From the NCBI GenBank assembly GCA_963823665.1, contig CAWGMQ010000005.1, positions 128,001-192,000 on the forward strand: a DNA stretch of 64,000 nt, given 5' to 3'. This stretch comes from an uncultured Planctomycetota bacterium (GTDB lineage: Bacteria > Planctomycetota > Planctomycetia > Isosphaerales > Isosphaeraceae). The notes below the pieces were generated by a model that worked only from the letters and a program-made list of their open reading frames with translations, was not told the DNA's origin and ran no database searches. The position numbers and the translations under genes are program-made. Shown piece after piece: positions 44,077 to 54,703 of the stretch (the first letter of the stretch is position 1; each line of letters begins with the position of its first letter).

Positions 44077-44331
44077 ATGAACCCGCACAAGCTGTTTCGG
44101 AAAGCGCTGAATGGCCCCAAGAATCTGCCGTTCCATGACTTCCTCCAGCTTGCAAACGCTTTCGGATTCCGACTCGCGCGGACGAGCGGAAGCCACCACA
44201 TTCTGATCCACGATGAAGTTGCCGAGCCCTTGAACCTTCAAGAAGTCGACGGCAAAGCCAAGCCGTACCAAGTCCGCCAATTTCTTCGAATCGTCGAGGA
44301 AAACAACCTAACTCTGGGCGACGAGTCATGA
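44077..44331 (+). CDS. hicA: HicA toxin
   Basis: FGF..RTSGSHHI, KAKPYQVRQF. Confidence 0.88.
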   Translation: MNPHKLFRKALNGPKNLPFHDFLQLANAFGFRLARTSGSHHILIHDEVAEPLNLQEVDGKAKPYQVRQFLRIVEENNLTLGDES

Positions 44332-44552
44332 AAGATTATCACATCAATATTTTCTATAGCCAGGAAGACGACGGATACATTGCCGATATCCCCGACCTGC
44401 ACTACTGTTCGGCGTTCGGTCGTACTCCATCTGAGGCGCTCACGGAACTCGAGAAAGCCAAGGCCGCCTGGATCGAGGCGGCGAACGCCGAGGGCAAGCC
44501 AGTCCCGAAGCCACGTTATCGTCCGGCGATTTATCAAAGCGCCCGGGCGTAA
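44328..44552 (+). CDS. hicB: HicB antitoxin (short form)
   Basis: ATGA overlap with hicA; YIADIPDL..CSAFG.T..EA...G.PVP. Confidence 0.9.
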   Translation: MKDYHINIFYSQEDDGYIADIPDLHYCSAFGRTPSEALTELEKAKAAWIEAANAEGKPVPKPRYRPAIYQSARA

Positions 44553-44711
44553 TTCGCTTGGGCGAGTTCTTGTCGAGTCGACATCAATCAATGTCGGCTC
44601 ATACCACTCGTTGTCTCTGCGATCGCAGACCTTCTCAAAGCAAATGAGGCACTCTAGAATCAAGAGGTCGTCCGAATTGTTGAATTCCGAGGATTCCAAC
44701 CGAGACAGGGA

Positions 44712-45131
44712 ATGCCGGCTCGAGACTTCTATCACGATGTCGTCAGGTCGGCCTTGATTGCCGACGGTTGGACGATTATGCACGATCCATTGGTCTTGAA
44801 ATGGGGGAGCAAGGATTTCTTCGTGGACCTCGGTGCCGAGCACTTGCTGTCTGCAGACAAGGCAGGCCAGAAAATCGCCGTTGAGGTGAAGAGCTTCACC
44901 GGGGCGTCAGACATTGACGACCTGGAGAAAGCCGTCGGACAGTTCATCGTGTATCACGACATTCTCGAAGAAGGCGAGCCGGACCGACGCCTCTATTTGG
45001 CGATCCCCAAGCGGGTCATCGACGATCTTTTCCAGGAACCGATTGGACAGTTGTTATTGAAGCGCGAGCGAGTTCGCCTGCTTGTCTTCGATCCGGATTC
45101 GGAGGTCATTGTCGAATGGATACCTCATTAG
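44712..45131 (+). CDS. xisH: XisH family protein
   Basis: MPARDFYHDVVR.AL..DGWTI.HDP, DLGAE, KIAVEVKSF, GQF. Confidence 0.92.
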   Translation: MPARDFYHDVVRSALIADGWTIMHDPLVLKWGSKDFFVDLGAEHLLSADKAGQKIAVEVKSFTGASDIDDLEKAVGQFIVYHDILEEGEPDRRLYLAIPKRVIDDLFQEPIGQLLLKRERVRLLVFDPDSEVIVEWIPH

Positions 45132-45451
45132 ATTCCTACCGTTCGATCATCGAACATGTTCTGACAGACTATTCAAAATACCCTTATGCCTACGGGCAGA
45201 TCGAACGTCAGCTCGTATTCGACCGCTCGCGAGACCATTACCTGTTAATGAGCGTCGGCTGGGACAAACAGCGCGTCCACGGCTCTCTCATCCACATCGA
45301 CCTGATCGACGGCAAGTGCTGGATTCAGCGCGACGGCACCGAGACCGGCATCGCCCATGAGCTCGAAGCCGCCGGAATCCCCAAGAACCGGATCGTCCTG
45401 GCATTCCGGCCCCCGGAAATTCGGCCTCAGACCGGTTACGCCGTCGCCTGA
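45116..45451 (+). CDS. xisI: XisI family protein
   Basis: FD..RDHYLL..GW, IHID..GK.WIQ.DGTE.GIA.EL..AGIPK..IVLAF. Confidence 0.93.
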   Translation: MDTSLDSYRSIIEHVLTDYSKYPYAYGQIERQLVFDRSRDHYLLMSVGWDKQRVHGSLIHIDLIDGKCWIQRDGTETGIAHELEAAGIPKNRIVLAFRPPEIRPQTGYAVA

Positions 45452-45557
45452 ATTGCGGGCCGCCTACCGCGCGAGGCTTGGCCGGAAACATGGCCTCTTT
45501 CGGTGGCCGATGCTAGAATTGGGTATTGATTCTAGCTGTCTGTAGGAGTTCCTGGTC

Positions 45558-46351
45558 ATGCGCAGCCCGTTTCCCGGGATGGACCCCTACCTTGAGCAAT
45601 TCTGGGGCGATCTTCATCATACGATGATTAACCGCGTGCGCGCCGCGATCCAGAAGCAGTTGCCCGCCGACCTCATCGCACGCGTCGACGAACGGGTCGT
45701 CAGCGAGCCGTCGGATGGGCTTTCCCGGAAAATCATACCCGACGTCCGTGTCGTGGAGCGCGGCGGCGCGAGGATCCCATCGTTCGGTTGAGTAATGGCA
45801 TTGCCGTCGCCGAGCCGCTGGTCGTCCACGTGGTACAGGACGAGCCCGAGCGTCAGGGCTTCATCGAGATCATCGAACTCAAGTCGCGTCGGCGCGTCGT
45901 CACTGTGATCGAGATCCTCAGCCCGTCGAACAAAGTGCCGGGGCCGAGTCGCGACCTGTACTTCAAGAAGCAGGAAGAGCTCCGGCAAGGCGGCGTTAGC
46001 CTGGTCGAAATCAACTTGAACCGGACCGGTAGCCACGTCCTGATGGTCCCGATCAACCGGATCCCCGAAGGCCACGCGACGCCCTACGCCGTTTGCATCC
46101 GCCGGGCATGGAAGCCCTTTGAGTTCGAATACGATCGCCTTCCCCTGCGCGAACGCCTACCCGCCATCCCCATCCCTCTGCGGCCCGAGGATTCCTACGT
46201 TCCTCTCGATCTCCAGGCGATACTGGATGACTGTTGCGAGGAAGGACGGTACCCGGACGACATCGACTATCGCAACGAGCCGGATCCGCCCCTCACCGGT
46301 GACGACGCCCGATGGGCCGACGCCTTGCTCCGCGAACATGGCCGTCGATAG
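45558..46351 (+). CDS. DUF4058 family protein (frameshift ~45775)
   Basis: MRSPFPGMDPYLE, VTVIEILSPSNK, LVEI, LPAIPIPL, LDLQ. Confidence 0.88.
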
Positions 46352-46517
46352 CCAACGCCGCAACCGTCCATAACGCCTTCGCGATTAGCAGCGATTGATG
46401 ATTCGTTCAATCGCGACTAAAATCACAGAAATGGCTCACACGGTGTGCATTAGGAGCGCGAATGCATGCACGCAGCGACTCGTGATGCCGGACCGAGCGC
46501 TATAGGACACGACAGCG

Positions 46518-47675
46518 ATGCCGAGCGAAGAAAACGGGTTGGAAGCGATTCGCGAAAAAGTCCAGGCCGGCAAACGCCTTAGTTTCGAGGACGGGCTCGC
46601 GCTCGAGGCTTCGAACGACCTGTTCGCCTTGGGCACAATGGCCGACTTGGTGCGCGAGCGCTATAACGGCAATTTCGCGTACTACAACGTCAACACGCAC
46701 ATCAACCCCACGAACGTGTGCGTCTACACGTGTGACTTCTGCGCGTTTCGGGCCGACCTGGGCGAGGCCCGCGCCTATGTCATGGATCGTGACCAGATCA
46801 TCGAACGCGCGCGACAAGCCAGCGCACGCGGGGCCACCGAGTTGCATATCGTGGGCGGGCTGCACCACAAGCTGCCGTTCGCCTATTACGTCGACGTCGT
46901 CCGATGGGTCAAGGAGGCTGCCCCCGAGATTCACGTGAAGGCCTACACGGCGGTCGAGATTGAGTGGTTCTGCAAGATTTCCCGAAAGTCCGTCGAAGCG
47001 GTGCTCAAGGAACTGGTCGAGGCCGGCCTGGGCAGTCTGCCCGGCGGCGGTGCCGAGATCTTCCATCCCGAGGTTCGCGAGCAGATTTGCGGCGCCAAGG
47101 CCTCGACGGAAAGCTGGCTCAACGTGCACCGGACTGCCCATCGCCTGGGGCTGCACTCGAACGCGACTATGCTCTACGGCCATATCGATAAGCCAAATCA
47201 TCGCATCGATCATCTGGTCCGCCTGCGCGAGCTTCAAGACGAGACCGGCGGGTTCCAGACGTTCATCCCACTGGCGTTTCACCCCGATAACTCCGAGATG
47301 GCGCATATCCCCAAGCCGTCCGGATTGATGGACTTGAAGGTGATGGCGATCAGCCGGCTCATGCTCGACAACTTCCCACACATCAAAGCTTACTGGGTCA
47401 TGCTCGGGCTCAAGACAGCCCAGATAGCCCTGTCGTTCGGGGCCGACGATCTTGATGGCACGGTCGTCCACGAAAAGATCTACCACGAAGCAGGTGCCCA
47501 GACGCCCCAGGAAGCGACCGTTGCCGAGATCCGGCGTTTGATCGCCGAGGCCGGCCGTGTGCCGGTCGAGCGCGATACGCTGTATCACCGCGTCGAACGT
47601 GATGCTGGAACCTGGACGACCCGCGAGCACATCGAGGTAACAGGGCTCGCACTGGCCGGCGCGGGCCGAAACTGA
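46518..47675 (+). CDS. mqnE: Aminofutalosine synthase (radical SAM)
   Basis: NPTNVCVYTCDFCAF, ELHIVGG, PGGGAEIF, HIKAYW. Confidence 0.92.
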   Translation: MPSEENGLEAIREKVQAGKRLSFEDGLALEASNDLFALGTMADLVRERYNGNFAYYNVNTHINPTNVCVYTCDFCAFRADLGEARAYVMDRDQIIERARQASARGATELHIVGGLHHKLPFAYYVDVVRWVKEAAPEIHVKAYTAVEIEWFCKISRKSVEAVLKELVEAGLGSLPGGGAEIFHPEVREQICGAKASTESWLNVHRTAHRLGLHSNATMLYGHIDKPNHRIDHLVRLRELQDETGGFQTFIPLAFHPDNSEMAHIPKPSGLMDLKVMAISRLMLDNFPHIKAYWVMLGLKTAQIALSFGADDLDGTVVHEKIYHEAGAQTPQEATVAEIRRLIAEAGRVPVERDTLYHRVERDAGTWTTREHIEVTGLALAGAGRN

Positions 47676-48153
47676 TCAGGAGTGCCCCTGACCCGTCGCG
47701 GAGACTCCGCCAACGCTTGGATCCCCAAATCGCTGTCATTACATGGAGATGATGGGCGGCGAGAAGAGTGGCACGGCCGCCGGCGTGTTTGTCTCTGATG
47801 GAAGACATCCGCCGAGCCAGGATCTTCTTCATCGTGATCGTTCGTGCCTCGTTGGTCCTGTTGAACGTCACGGCCACCCCATGCTCGCGGCAAACACGGC
47901 TTGATCGTCACGAACGCGCGAAAAAGTCAAGTTCGACGGAATGACTTCCCAACGTTCCTTTCCGTGGCCGCGTTGGCGATCACGAGATCACGAGCATCAC
48001 GAGCGCCCCCCGCCGCTTCGCCTTGACCAATATTCACAATCGTTCTATGATCCGCCTCAAACCCAGTCGGCGGAAGGGGGGCGATGCGGTCTGCGCGTGC
48101 CCTTGGACTACTTGCCTTTCCGCTCGAGCCTGGCTCAAGGAGGAGCCCCGGCG

Positions 48154-48894
48154 ATGCGCAGCCACAACAAGGCGCTCTGCTGCCTCGTGGCCGAATCAAT
48201 CGATTGTCCCGGCCCGATCTTCGAGTTTGGTGCCTACCAGGTTGACGGCCAGGAAGGCTTTGCCGACCTTCGCAGCCTGTTTCCGCGGCAAAAGTACGTC
48301 GGATGCGACATGAGGCCGGGGCCGGGCGTTGACCGGGTGGAGGATGTCACCGCGATCAACCTTCCGGACTCGTCCGCAGGCACGGTCCTCTGCATCGAGA
48401 CGTTCGAGCACGTCTTCGAGGTGCGCAGGGCGTTTGACGAAGTGTTTCGCATCCTCGCGCCAGGAGGGGTGTTCGTGATCACGTCACCACTGAATTTTCG
48501 GATTCACGGTTACCCGGACGATTACTGGCGGATGACACCCAACTGCCTGAGGCGGATGCTCGAGCCCTATGCGGCCCGGCTCTCGGGATTTCAAGGGTAC
48601 CACGCGTTCCCTCACACGGTGATGGGGGTTGGAATGAAGGGCCCGGTGTCGTCGAACGCGATGGCGTCTCTCGGCAGAATTGCCTCGGGCTACAAGCAAT
48701 GGCTTGATCAGACCGCGGCGTCGCTTCCACTGAGCGAGAAGCTGCGGCGAAGCGTCTCGCAGCTCTACCGCTCCAAGGGCGAGCGGCGTCAGATCGCCAG
48801 CTATTACGCGGCCGAATTCGCGATTGACTCGGGTGAGCAGCTCGAGGTGCGCGGCAGGCACTCGACCGGTGTTTCCGCGATGGCCGCGTGCTGA
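48154..48894 (+). CDS. Class I SAM methyltransferase
   Basis: AGGAGG RBS; EFGAYQV, GCDMRPGPGVD, EHV, HGYPDDYWR. Confidence 0.85.
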   Translation: MRSHNKALCCLVAESIDCPGPIFEFGAYQVDGQEGFADLRSLFPRQKYVGCDMRPGPGVDRVEDVTAINLPDSSAGTVLCIETFEHVFEVRRAFDEVFRILAPGGVFVITSPLNFRIHGYPDDYWRMTPNCLRRMLEPYAARLSGFQGYHAFPHTVMGVGMKGPVSSNAMASLGRIASGYKQWLDQTAASLPLSEKLRRSVSQLYRSKGERRQIASYYAAEFAIDSGEQLEVRGRHSTGVSAMAAC

Positions 48895-48947
48895 GGCAAT
48901 CCACGGAGCGAACCGCCCTCGTCCGAAAGGGCCTGGGCTCTTGAGGG

Positions 48948-50624
48948 ATGATCGTCATGTCGAAGACGGTGGACCGGCTGCTCGTTCTGGGTCTGGATGG
49001 CGCCACCTGGAGCGTACTTGACCCGATGCGGAGCCGGGGCTTGATGCCCAACCTGGACGCGCTTCTTTCCGGTGCCGCGCATGGAACGCTGCGGTCAATC
49101 ATCCCGCCGGTCACAACGGCCGCGTGGACGACGATGATGACCGGTTGCGGCCCTGCGCGTCACGGAGTCTTTGATCACAGATACTATGACGCCGCCGAAG
49201 GGCGAATGAAGGTCAACCACTCGGGGCGGATTCGTGTGCCGACCGTGTGGCGATTGCTCTCCGATGCCGGACGATCGATCGTATCGCTCAACGTGCCTGG
49301 GTTGTACCCTCCGATCAAGGTAAACGGAATTGTTGTCTCGGGCATGGATGCGCCGCATCTCCAAGCGGCGCTCGCGGCTGCTCCAGAGTTTGCGTCGCGC
49401 CTGCCCGAGGAGGCCCCCGACTACGGCCTGGGCTATTTCTGGAAGCGAGCGCCGCAGACTCTCGAAGAACTTAGCAACAACGCCCGGCTGACCGCCCAGA
49501 GCTTCCGCGGACGCGCGGACGGAGGCTGGCTTGCCGATCGAATCGTGCCCGACTGGTCGGTCCTGATGGTGCAGTTTCAGAACCTGGACCCGTTCCAGCA
49601 CCGCGTGTGGCCCTATCTCAACGTCGATGAAACAGGCGTTGAACGGCCCGACTGGAACAATGCTGCGGCGGAAGTGATCCGGGGTCTCGATGAAGCGATC
49701 GGGCGACTCTGCGAGCTCGCGGGGAAGCGGGGTGCCGCCGTGATGGTCGTGAGCGATCACGGCTTCGGCCCCTGTCTGGGCCGCATTCACGTCAACCGCA
49801 TCCTGGTAGACGCCGGTGTTGTCCGGTTGCCCGGATGGGCAGGACGTATCGGGCGCCGAACGTTTCAGGCCAGCGACCGGCTGAGGCTGTGGGGCCAGAA
49901 GCGCGACAATCCGCAGGCCCGCTCCGCGTCGTTCGATCAATCCGTCACCGCTCAGTACCCGTTTGATTGGAAGCGAACGCTGGCCTTCGCGCCCCACCAG
50001 GACACGGCGGCGATGGTTTACGTCAATTGCGCTGCCCGCCATCGAGGCGTGAAGACCGCAGCACCCAGCATGACGCCCCGCCAGATCGACGACGCCCGCA
50101 GGACCGCAGCCCAGGCGCTGGGAGCGGCCAATCATCCCGAGACCGGCGCTCCGCTCTTTCCCAAGATCATCGAAACCTCGGAAGCCTACCAGATCGACCC
50201 CACCCGCGAGGGATACCCTGACCTGATCGCCCTCCCCGACGAGCCCTACTGGGTGCGAACCAAGCTTAGCTCGAGCTCAGCATGGGTCGAGCCCGACGCG
50301 AATCTCCCCGGAACACATCGGCCCGAAGGAGCCGTGGCACTGGCGGGCGTAGGCCTTCCTACGGGTCGCAACTTGAAGGCGCACCTGATCGACGCCACGC
50401 CGACCATCCTCGCCTTGCTCGGCCTTTCGATCCCGTCTCACATCGAAGGAAAACCTCTCCTCGGCTCACCGAGGATGTCGGGGGTGTCACCGGAGTCTAC
50501 ACCGTTCCGGCATGACGCCGCTCAAGAACCGCTCGACGGCCCTCATCGCCAACCATTCGAATACTCATCCGAAGAGCAACAAATCATCGAGCAGCGCCTG
50601 ATGGACCTGGGATACCTCGAGTAG
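48948..50624 (+). CDS. Nucleotide pyrophosphatase/phosphodiesterase (alkaline phosphatase family)
   Basis: LGLDGAT, PPVTTAAW, VSDHGF, GTH, C-terminal RLMDLGY. Confidence 0.9.
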   Translation: MIVMSKTVDRLLVLGLDGATWSVLDPMRSRGLMPNLDALLSGAAHGTLRSIIPPVTTAAWTTMMTGCGPARHGVFDHRYYDAAEGRMKVNHSGRIRVPTVWRLLSDAGRSIVSLNVPGLYPPIKVNGIVVSGMDAPHLQAALAAAPEFASRLPEEAPDYGLGYFWKRAPQTLEELSNNARLTAQSFRGRADGGWLADRIVPDWSVLMVQFQNLDPFQHRVWPYLNVDETGVERPDWNNAAAEVIRGLDEAIGRLCELAGKRGAAVMVVSDHGFGPCLGRIHVNRILVDAGVVRLPGWAGRIGRRTFQASDRLRLWGQKRDNPQARSASFDQSVTAQYPFDWKRTLAFAPHQDTAAMVYVNCAARHRGVKTAAPSMTPRQIDDARRTAAQALGAANHPETGAPLFPKIIETSEAYQIDPTREGYPDLIALPDEPYWVRTKLSSSSAWVEPDANLPGTHRPEGAVALAGVGLPTGRNLKAHLIDATPTILALLGLSIPSHIEGKPLLGSPRMSGVSPESTPFRHDAAQEPLDGPHRQPFEYSSEEQQIIEQRLMDLGYLE

Positions 50625-50642
50625 AGTCTCGCTTCGCGCAAT

Positions 50643-51164
50643 TCAGATCAGGTCGAGCCGCCGGCGGGGCGTGTGGGACCGGCTGCACGCAGAACAGACA
50701 CCGGTGATCAGAAATCGGTGGCCCGTCGGGCGAAATCCGTGCGTCAGGCTAACCGCACTGCGCAGCTTGAGAATCTCGTCGTTTCGGAACTCGACGATTC
50801 GGTTGCACGACGTGCAGTGCAGATGATCGTGGGCCGGGTAGCCGTAGTCGTGCTCGAACGCACTGCGATTGGTTAATCGCAACTCACGCAATAGGCCAGC
50901 TTCCACGAGCAGCCTCAGTGTCCTGTAGACAGTCGAGCGGCTGACCTGGTGGCCGGCATCATGAAGGTCGCGAAAGAGCTCGTCGGCGTCGAAGTGCTTG
51001 TGGGTGTTGAAAATGTGGCGCACAAGAAGCCGTCGGGGCTGGGTCAGCTTCTCGCCGCGGATCTCGAGAAATTCGCGGAATTTCTCGACCGGCGCGTCTG
51101 AACCCGCCAGCGGCGCCAGATGGTCGTGCTCCGTTTCCCCGACAATTGCAGTTCCCGGGACCAA
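50643..51164 (-). CDS. Fur-family transcriptional regulator
   Basis: HFDADEL, STVYRTL, HDHLHCTSC, CSAC. Confidence 0.92.
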   Translation of the reverse strand: MVPGTAIVGETEHDHLAPLAGSDAPVEKFREFLEIRGEKLTQPRRLLVRHIFNTHKHFDADELFRDLHDAGHQVSRSTVYRTLRLLVEAGLLRELRLTNRSAFEHDYGYPAHDHLHCTSCNRIVEFRNDEILKLRSAVSLTHGFRPTGHRFLITGVCSACSRSHTPRRRLDLI

Positions 51165-51345
51165 TTCGCGGACCTTTCCCGTGAGTCGTACAGGTTCTCC
51201 TCTTCGTCAATCAAGAAAGGCTATTCTAGCTTTCCAGCATGTGAACTACCAGTCTATGCACTCGCGAGAGCGGCGCTGTTCGTGTATCGTGATCCTGTAC
51301 AAAACCGATCAGTCTACGGTCTCTATCGTCAGGGTGTTTCGCACG

Positions 51346-52470
51346 ATGAACTTCAGACGGATCCGCTTGGTGGGGCTGAGTCTGACAGCGGGTGTTGCGC
51401 TCGCCTGCATGCTTTCACAACCGGTGTGGGGACATTATTCCGAGTCAACTCAGGATGAACCGGCACAGCCCAAGCCCAAAGTCGCAACCGGCGAGAACGG
51501 TGCAGCGAGCATCCAGGCGATCGACGAGGAATACAACCGCCGGCTTCTGGAACTGGAAAAACAACGTCTGGAGAAGCTCGCCCAGCTCGCGGCACGGCAG
51601 CCCCCAAAGGAGTCTCTGGAAACCTACGAGCTGCTCTTTCGCCTCGCGATCGCCAACAACCTGTTTCGCGAGGCAGAGCCCATCGCCCACCAGGTCAAGA
51701 AAAGCGGCACCGCCTCCGCGTCTGTGAATTTCCTCGCAAATACCGTCGATATCATCGCTTCGGCCGACCGGGGAAACTTTGAGGAATCGTTAGCCGAGCT
51801 GAAATCGGTGATCGCCGCCCAATCCCAGAGCGGTCGGCCGGCCCAGGGCGCGCCGTCGCCGATCGACACTCGGGCGCTGCTCTCGATCTGCGAGGCATAC
51901 TACCAGCGCCTTCTGCACGGCGACCAATTCGAGCTCGCGCGAAGCGCCTTTCAATTCGTCCTCAAACAATCAGACAACGCGGCCGTCAAAGGCTACTGCG
52001 CCTCCCGGCTGAACCAGCTCGACATGATCGGCAAGCCCGCGCCGGCGATTCAAGGAACCGACTTGAGCGGCAATCCCATCGACCTGGGCGCGATGAAGGG
52101 ACAGGTGGTACTCGTCGTATTCTGGGCAAGCTGGTGCGCGCCCTGCTCGGCGGAGATTGCCTGGCTCGACAAGGCGTACACCGACCACGAGCCGCGCGGT
52201 TTCCGGATCGTGGGCATCAACCTCGATCCCCTCCAAAAGGATGGTCCCAAGCTTGAGACCGTGATGCCCAACATCAAGCATTTTCTGGTTGACCACAATG
52301 TTCGCTGGCCCAACCTGGTGAGCGGCGCTGGAGCTCAAGACTATGCGGCGGCGTACGGCGTCGCGGAAATCCCGATGAACGTCCTGATCGGCCGTGATGG
52401 CAACGTCATTCACCTCGACCTTTCGCGCAAGAACCTTGAAGCGTGCGTTGCGAAGGCGGTCGGGCGCTGA
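51346..52470 (+). CDS. TlpA-like thiol-disulfide oxidoreductase with N-terminal helical domain
   Basis: Signal peptide; FWASWCAPC; IP motif. Confidence 0.88.
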   Translation: MNFRRIRLVGLSLTAGVALACMLSQPVWGHYSESTQDEPAQPKPKVATGENGAASIQAIDEEYNRRLLELEKQRLEKLAQLAARQPPKESLETYELLFRLAIANNLFREAEPIAHQVKKSGTASASVNFLANTVDIIASADRGNFEESLAELKSVIAAQSQSGRPAQGAPSPIDTRALLSICEAYYQRLLHGDQFELARSAFQFVLKQSDNAAVKGYCASRLNQLDMIGKPAPAIQGTDLSGNPIDLGAMKGQVVLVVFWASWCAPCSAEIAWLDKAYTDHEPRGFRIVGINLDPLQKDGPKLETVMPNIKHFLVDHNVRWPNLVSGAGAQDYAAAYGVAEIPMNVLIGRDGNVIHLDLSRKNLEACVAKAVGR

Positions 52471-52506
52471 ACTAGTGCCGGAGGATGGACGAGATTCTCT
52501 CGTGCG

Positions 52507-53231
52507 TCAGGGGTTGGCCGGCTGCACGTTCGCGGCGGCCGTCGCCGCCGGGGTGGCCGCCTGCGCGAGAGACTCGTAGAGCGACAGCAGAAACATGTGA
52601 AAGGTGTCGGCAATCCGTGGCGTTTCATGCGCACGCACATGCTGAAGCGCCGGCCTGCCGTAGTCGAGGAGTTTCTGCCGGGCGTCGGTGACTGACGCTA
52701 ACGCGGCGACGCCATTCTGTTTCGTTTCCTTCAGCACCGTGCTGCACGCTTGGTCGGAGATTTCCCGCTTCTGCTTCATGTCACCTTCGAGCGGGGCATC
52801 ACCCGGCCACACGAGCTTGTTGTCGGCGTTGTAAAAACTGGACAGCGGAAGGCTCGGGCTCTGCGGTGCCACTTCGCGCTCGCGAGCGCGCGGCCGAGCA
52901 GCGTAGCGGTATTGCGGGATTTCCCTGCGATCGACACTGTAACGATCGACAAAACCAGGATCCCGCAAATGGTTGATAAAAGAATTGGGGTTATTGGCGT
53001 TAACGTCGCGCGAAGGCGCATTGACGGGGCGGGAGGCGTCGATCAGCGACTTCGAGTAGAGGTAGCTCTCGGGTGTCGGCACCGGGCGAAACCCGAAACC
53101 TCCGTAGCCGAAGCCACCGAAGCCGCCACCGAACCCAAATTGGGCGTTTGCGCGCCGGGCAACCCTAGCAACACGACGGCAACGGCGAAGATTGCCGCGG
53201 CAAGCTTCCCCAGTCCGGTTCTCGAAGTCAT
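52507..53231 (-). CDS. Secreted hypothetical protein with Gly-Phe-rich N-terminus (frameshift ~53150)
   Basis: GGAG RBS, signal peptide, QFGFGGGFGGFGYGGF continuing into ORF 52507-53082. Confidence 0.65.
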
Positions 53232-53518
53232 CTCCAGTTCCTCACCGCGAGCCGGCCAAGAGATTCGACACGGCGCACGGAAACTCATTTGGCGGCTTCC
53301 AGTGGTCTCCTTTATTCTACAACAGGAACGACTCCCGACCAGTACCAAGGGAGCAAATGCAAGAATCCGCCCTGAACGCCCGGGCCAGCTCCGGCACAAG
53401 CGCTCAGGGCGGATTCCTTCGCTGATCGGTCTCGGTTGTCCACGATCCGTTGGCAGTTGCTCGCCCGGCGCCGCTCAGACTGCCTTTCACCCAAATGGCC
53501 TCGGCGTCAAACCTCGAG

Positions 53519-54295
53519 TCACGTTCCGAACTCGGGGCGGCGCGTGGAGAGCTGAGATTGAAGTCGCTGGATGATCGACGAATGCATCTGCGAGACACGC
53601 GACTCGCTCAGGTCCAGCGTCGCACCGATTTCCTTCATGGTTAATTCTTCGTAATAGTACAATATAATTATGAGGCGTTCGTTGCGTGAGAGCCCCTTGG
53701 TCACCATGCGCATCAAGTCTTTGCGCTGGAGGCGGCGGGTGGGGTCTTCACCCTTCTTGTCCTCGAGAATGTCGATCTCGCGGACGTCCTTGTAGCTATC
53801 GGTCTCATACCACTTCTTGTTCAGACTGATCAGGCCGACGGCGTTTGCATCCATCGCCATCTTCTCGAATTCTTCCATCGGCAGACCCAGAAGCCCTGCC
53901 AGCTCGTTTTCAGTGGGAGGCCGGCCGAACCTGGCTTCGAGCTCCTTGCGGGCCTCTTCCATCTTCGTGGCCTTGGAACGCACCAGTCTGGGAACCCAGT
54001 CCATGGTCCGCAGCTCATCGAGCATTGCTCCGCGGATTCGCGGCACGCAGTAAGTCTCGAATTTCACGCCGCGGGTGAGGTCGAAGGCGTCGATCGCATC
54101 CATCAGCCCAAACACCCCGGCCGAGATCAGATCGTCGAGATCGACCCCCTCGGGAAGGCGCTGCCAGATCCGTTCGGCGTTATATTTGACCAGCGGCAAG
54201 TAGCGTTCGACTAGATGATTTCTCAAGTCCGTGGTGGGGTGCTCCTTGAACTCCCGCCAGAGTTCGGTTACATCCACATCCACCTTTGTTGACAT
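53519..54295 (-). CDS. fliA: FliA/WhiG sigma-28 factor
   Basis: DLISAGVFGL, KFETY..PRIRGAMLDELR..DW, ESRVSQ. Confidence 0.95.
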   Translation of the reverse strand: MSTKVDVDVTELWREFKEHPTTDLRNHLVERYLPLVKYNAERIWQRLPEGVDLDDLISAGVFGLMDAIDAFDLTRGVKFETYCVPRIRGAMLDELRTMDWVPRLVRSKATKMEEARKELEARFGRPPTENELAGLLGLPMEEFEKMAMDANAVGLISLNKKWYETDSYKDVREIDILEDKKGEDPTRRLQRKDLMRMVTKGLSRNERLIIILYYYEELTMKEIGATLDLSESRVSQMHSSIIQRLQSQLSTRRPEFGT

Positions 54296-54703
54296 CCTGA
54301 CCTCCATGTCGGCTGCGCGAGAGGCGGCACTTCCTGTGCAAAAAGGGCCTTCACGTCACGTCGCATGCCCAAGAGCGGCTCATCTTGGCCGCAAGTCGCA
54401 AGTCTCGACGTGTCCCGACCCGGTAGACCCTCGCGAAACCGCAAGAATCGACCTGCCAGGCCCTTCTCCTCTCGCCATCCAGGGAACTCCCACCCGATTT
54501 GGTATCGGACCGCTTGCTCAATCGGCTTGAGTGATATCATCACAACAACCCGAAAAATCGACCCGAACGGCCTCCTCGCCTCTTTAATTTGGCGCACTCG
54601 CGCCCAATCACGACACGCTCTCCCATTACCTCTCCCCCTTCCAGACGGCTCGTTCCTGAGAACGGCTCGCCCGCGTCGACAGTCGAATCGCCCGCCTTGT
54701 TCG

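Noticed and set aside
47690..48150. Riboswitch or ncRNA between mqnE and the methyltransferase
   Set aside because: GGAGATG start resembles a fluoride riboswitch, but the pairing and downstream motifs are missing
54502..54530. Sigma-28 autoregulatory promoter TCAA..TCCGATAC
   Set aside because: Spacer is 17 nt rather than about 15 and both boxes mismatch; not supportable
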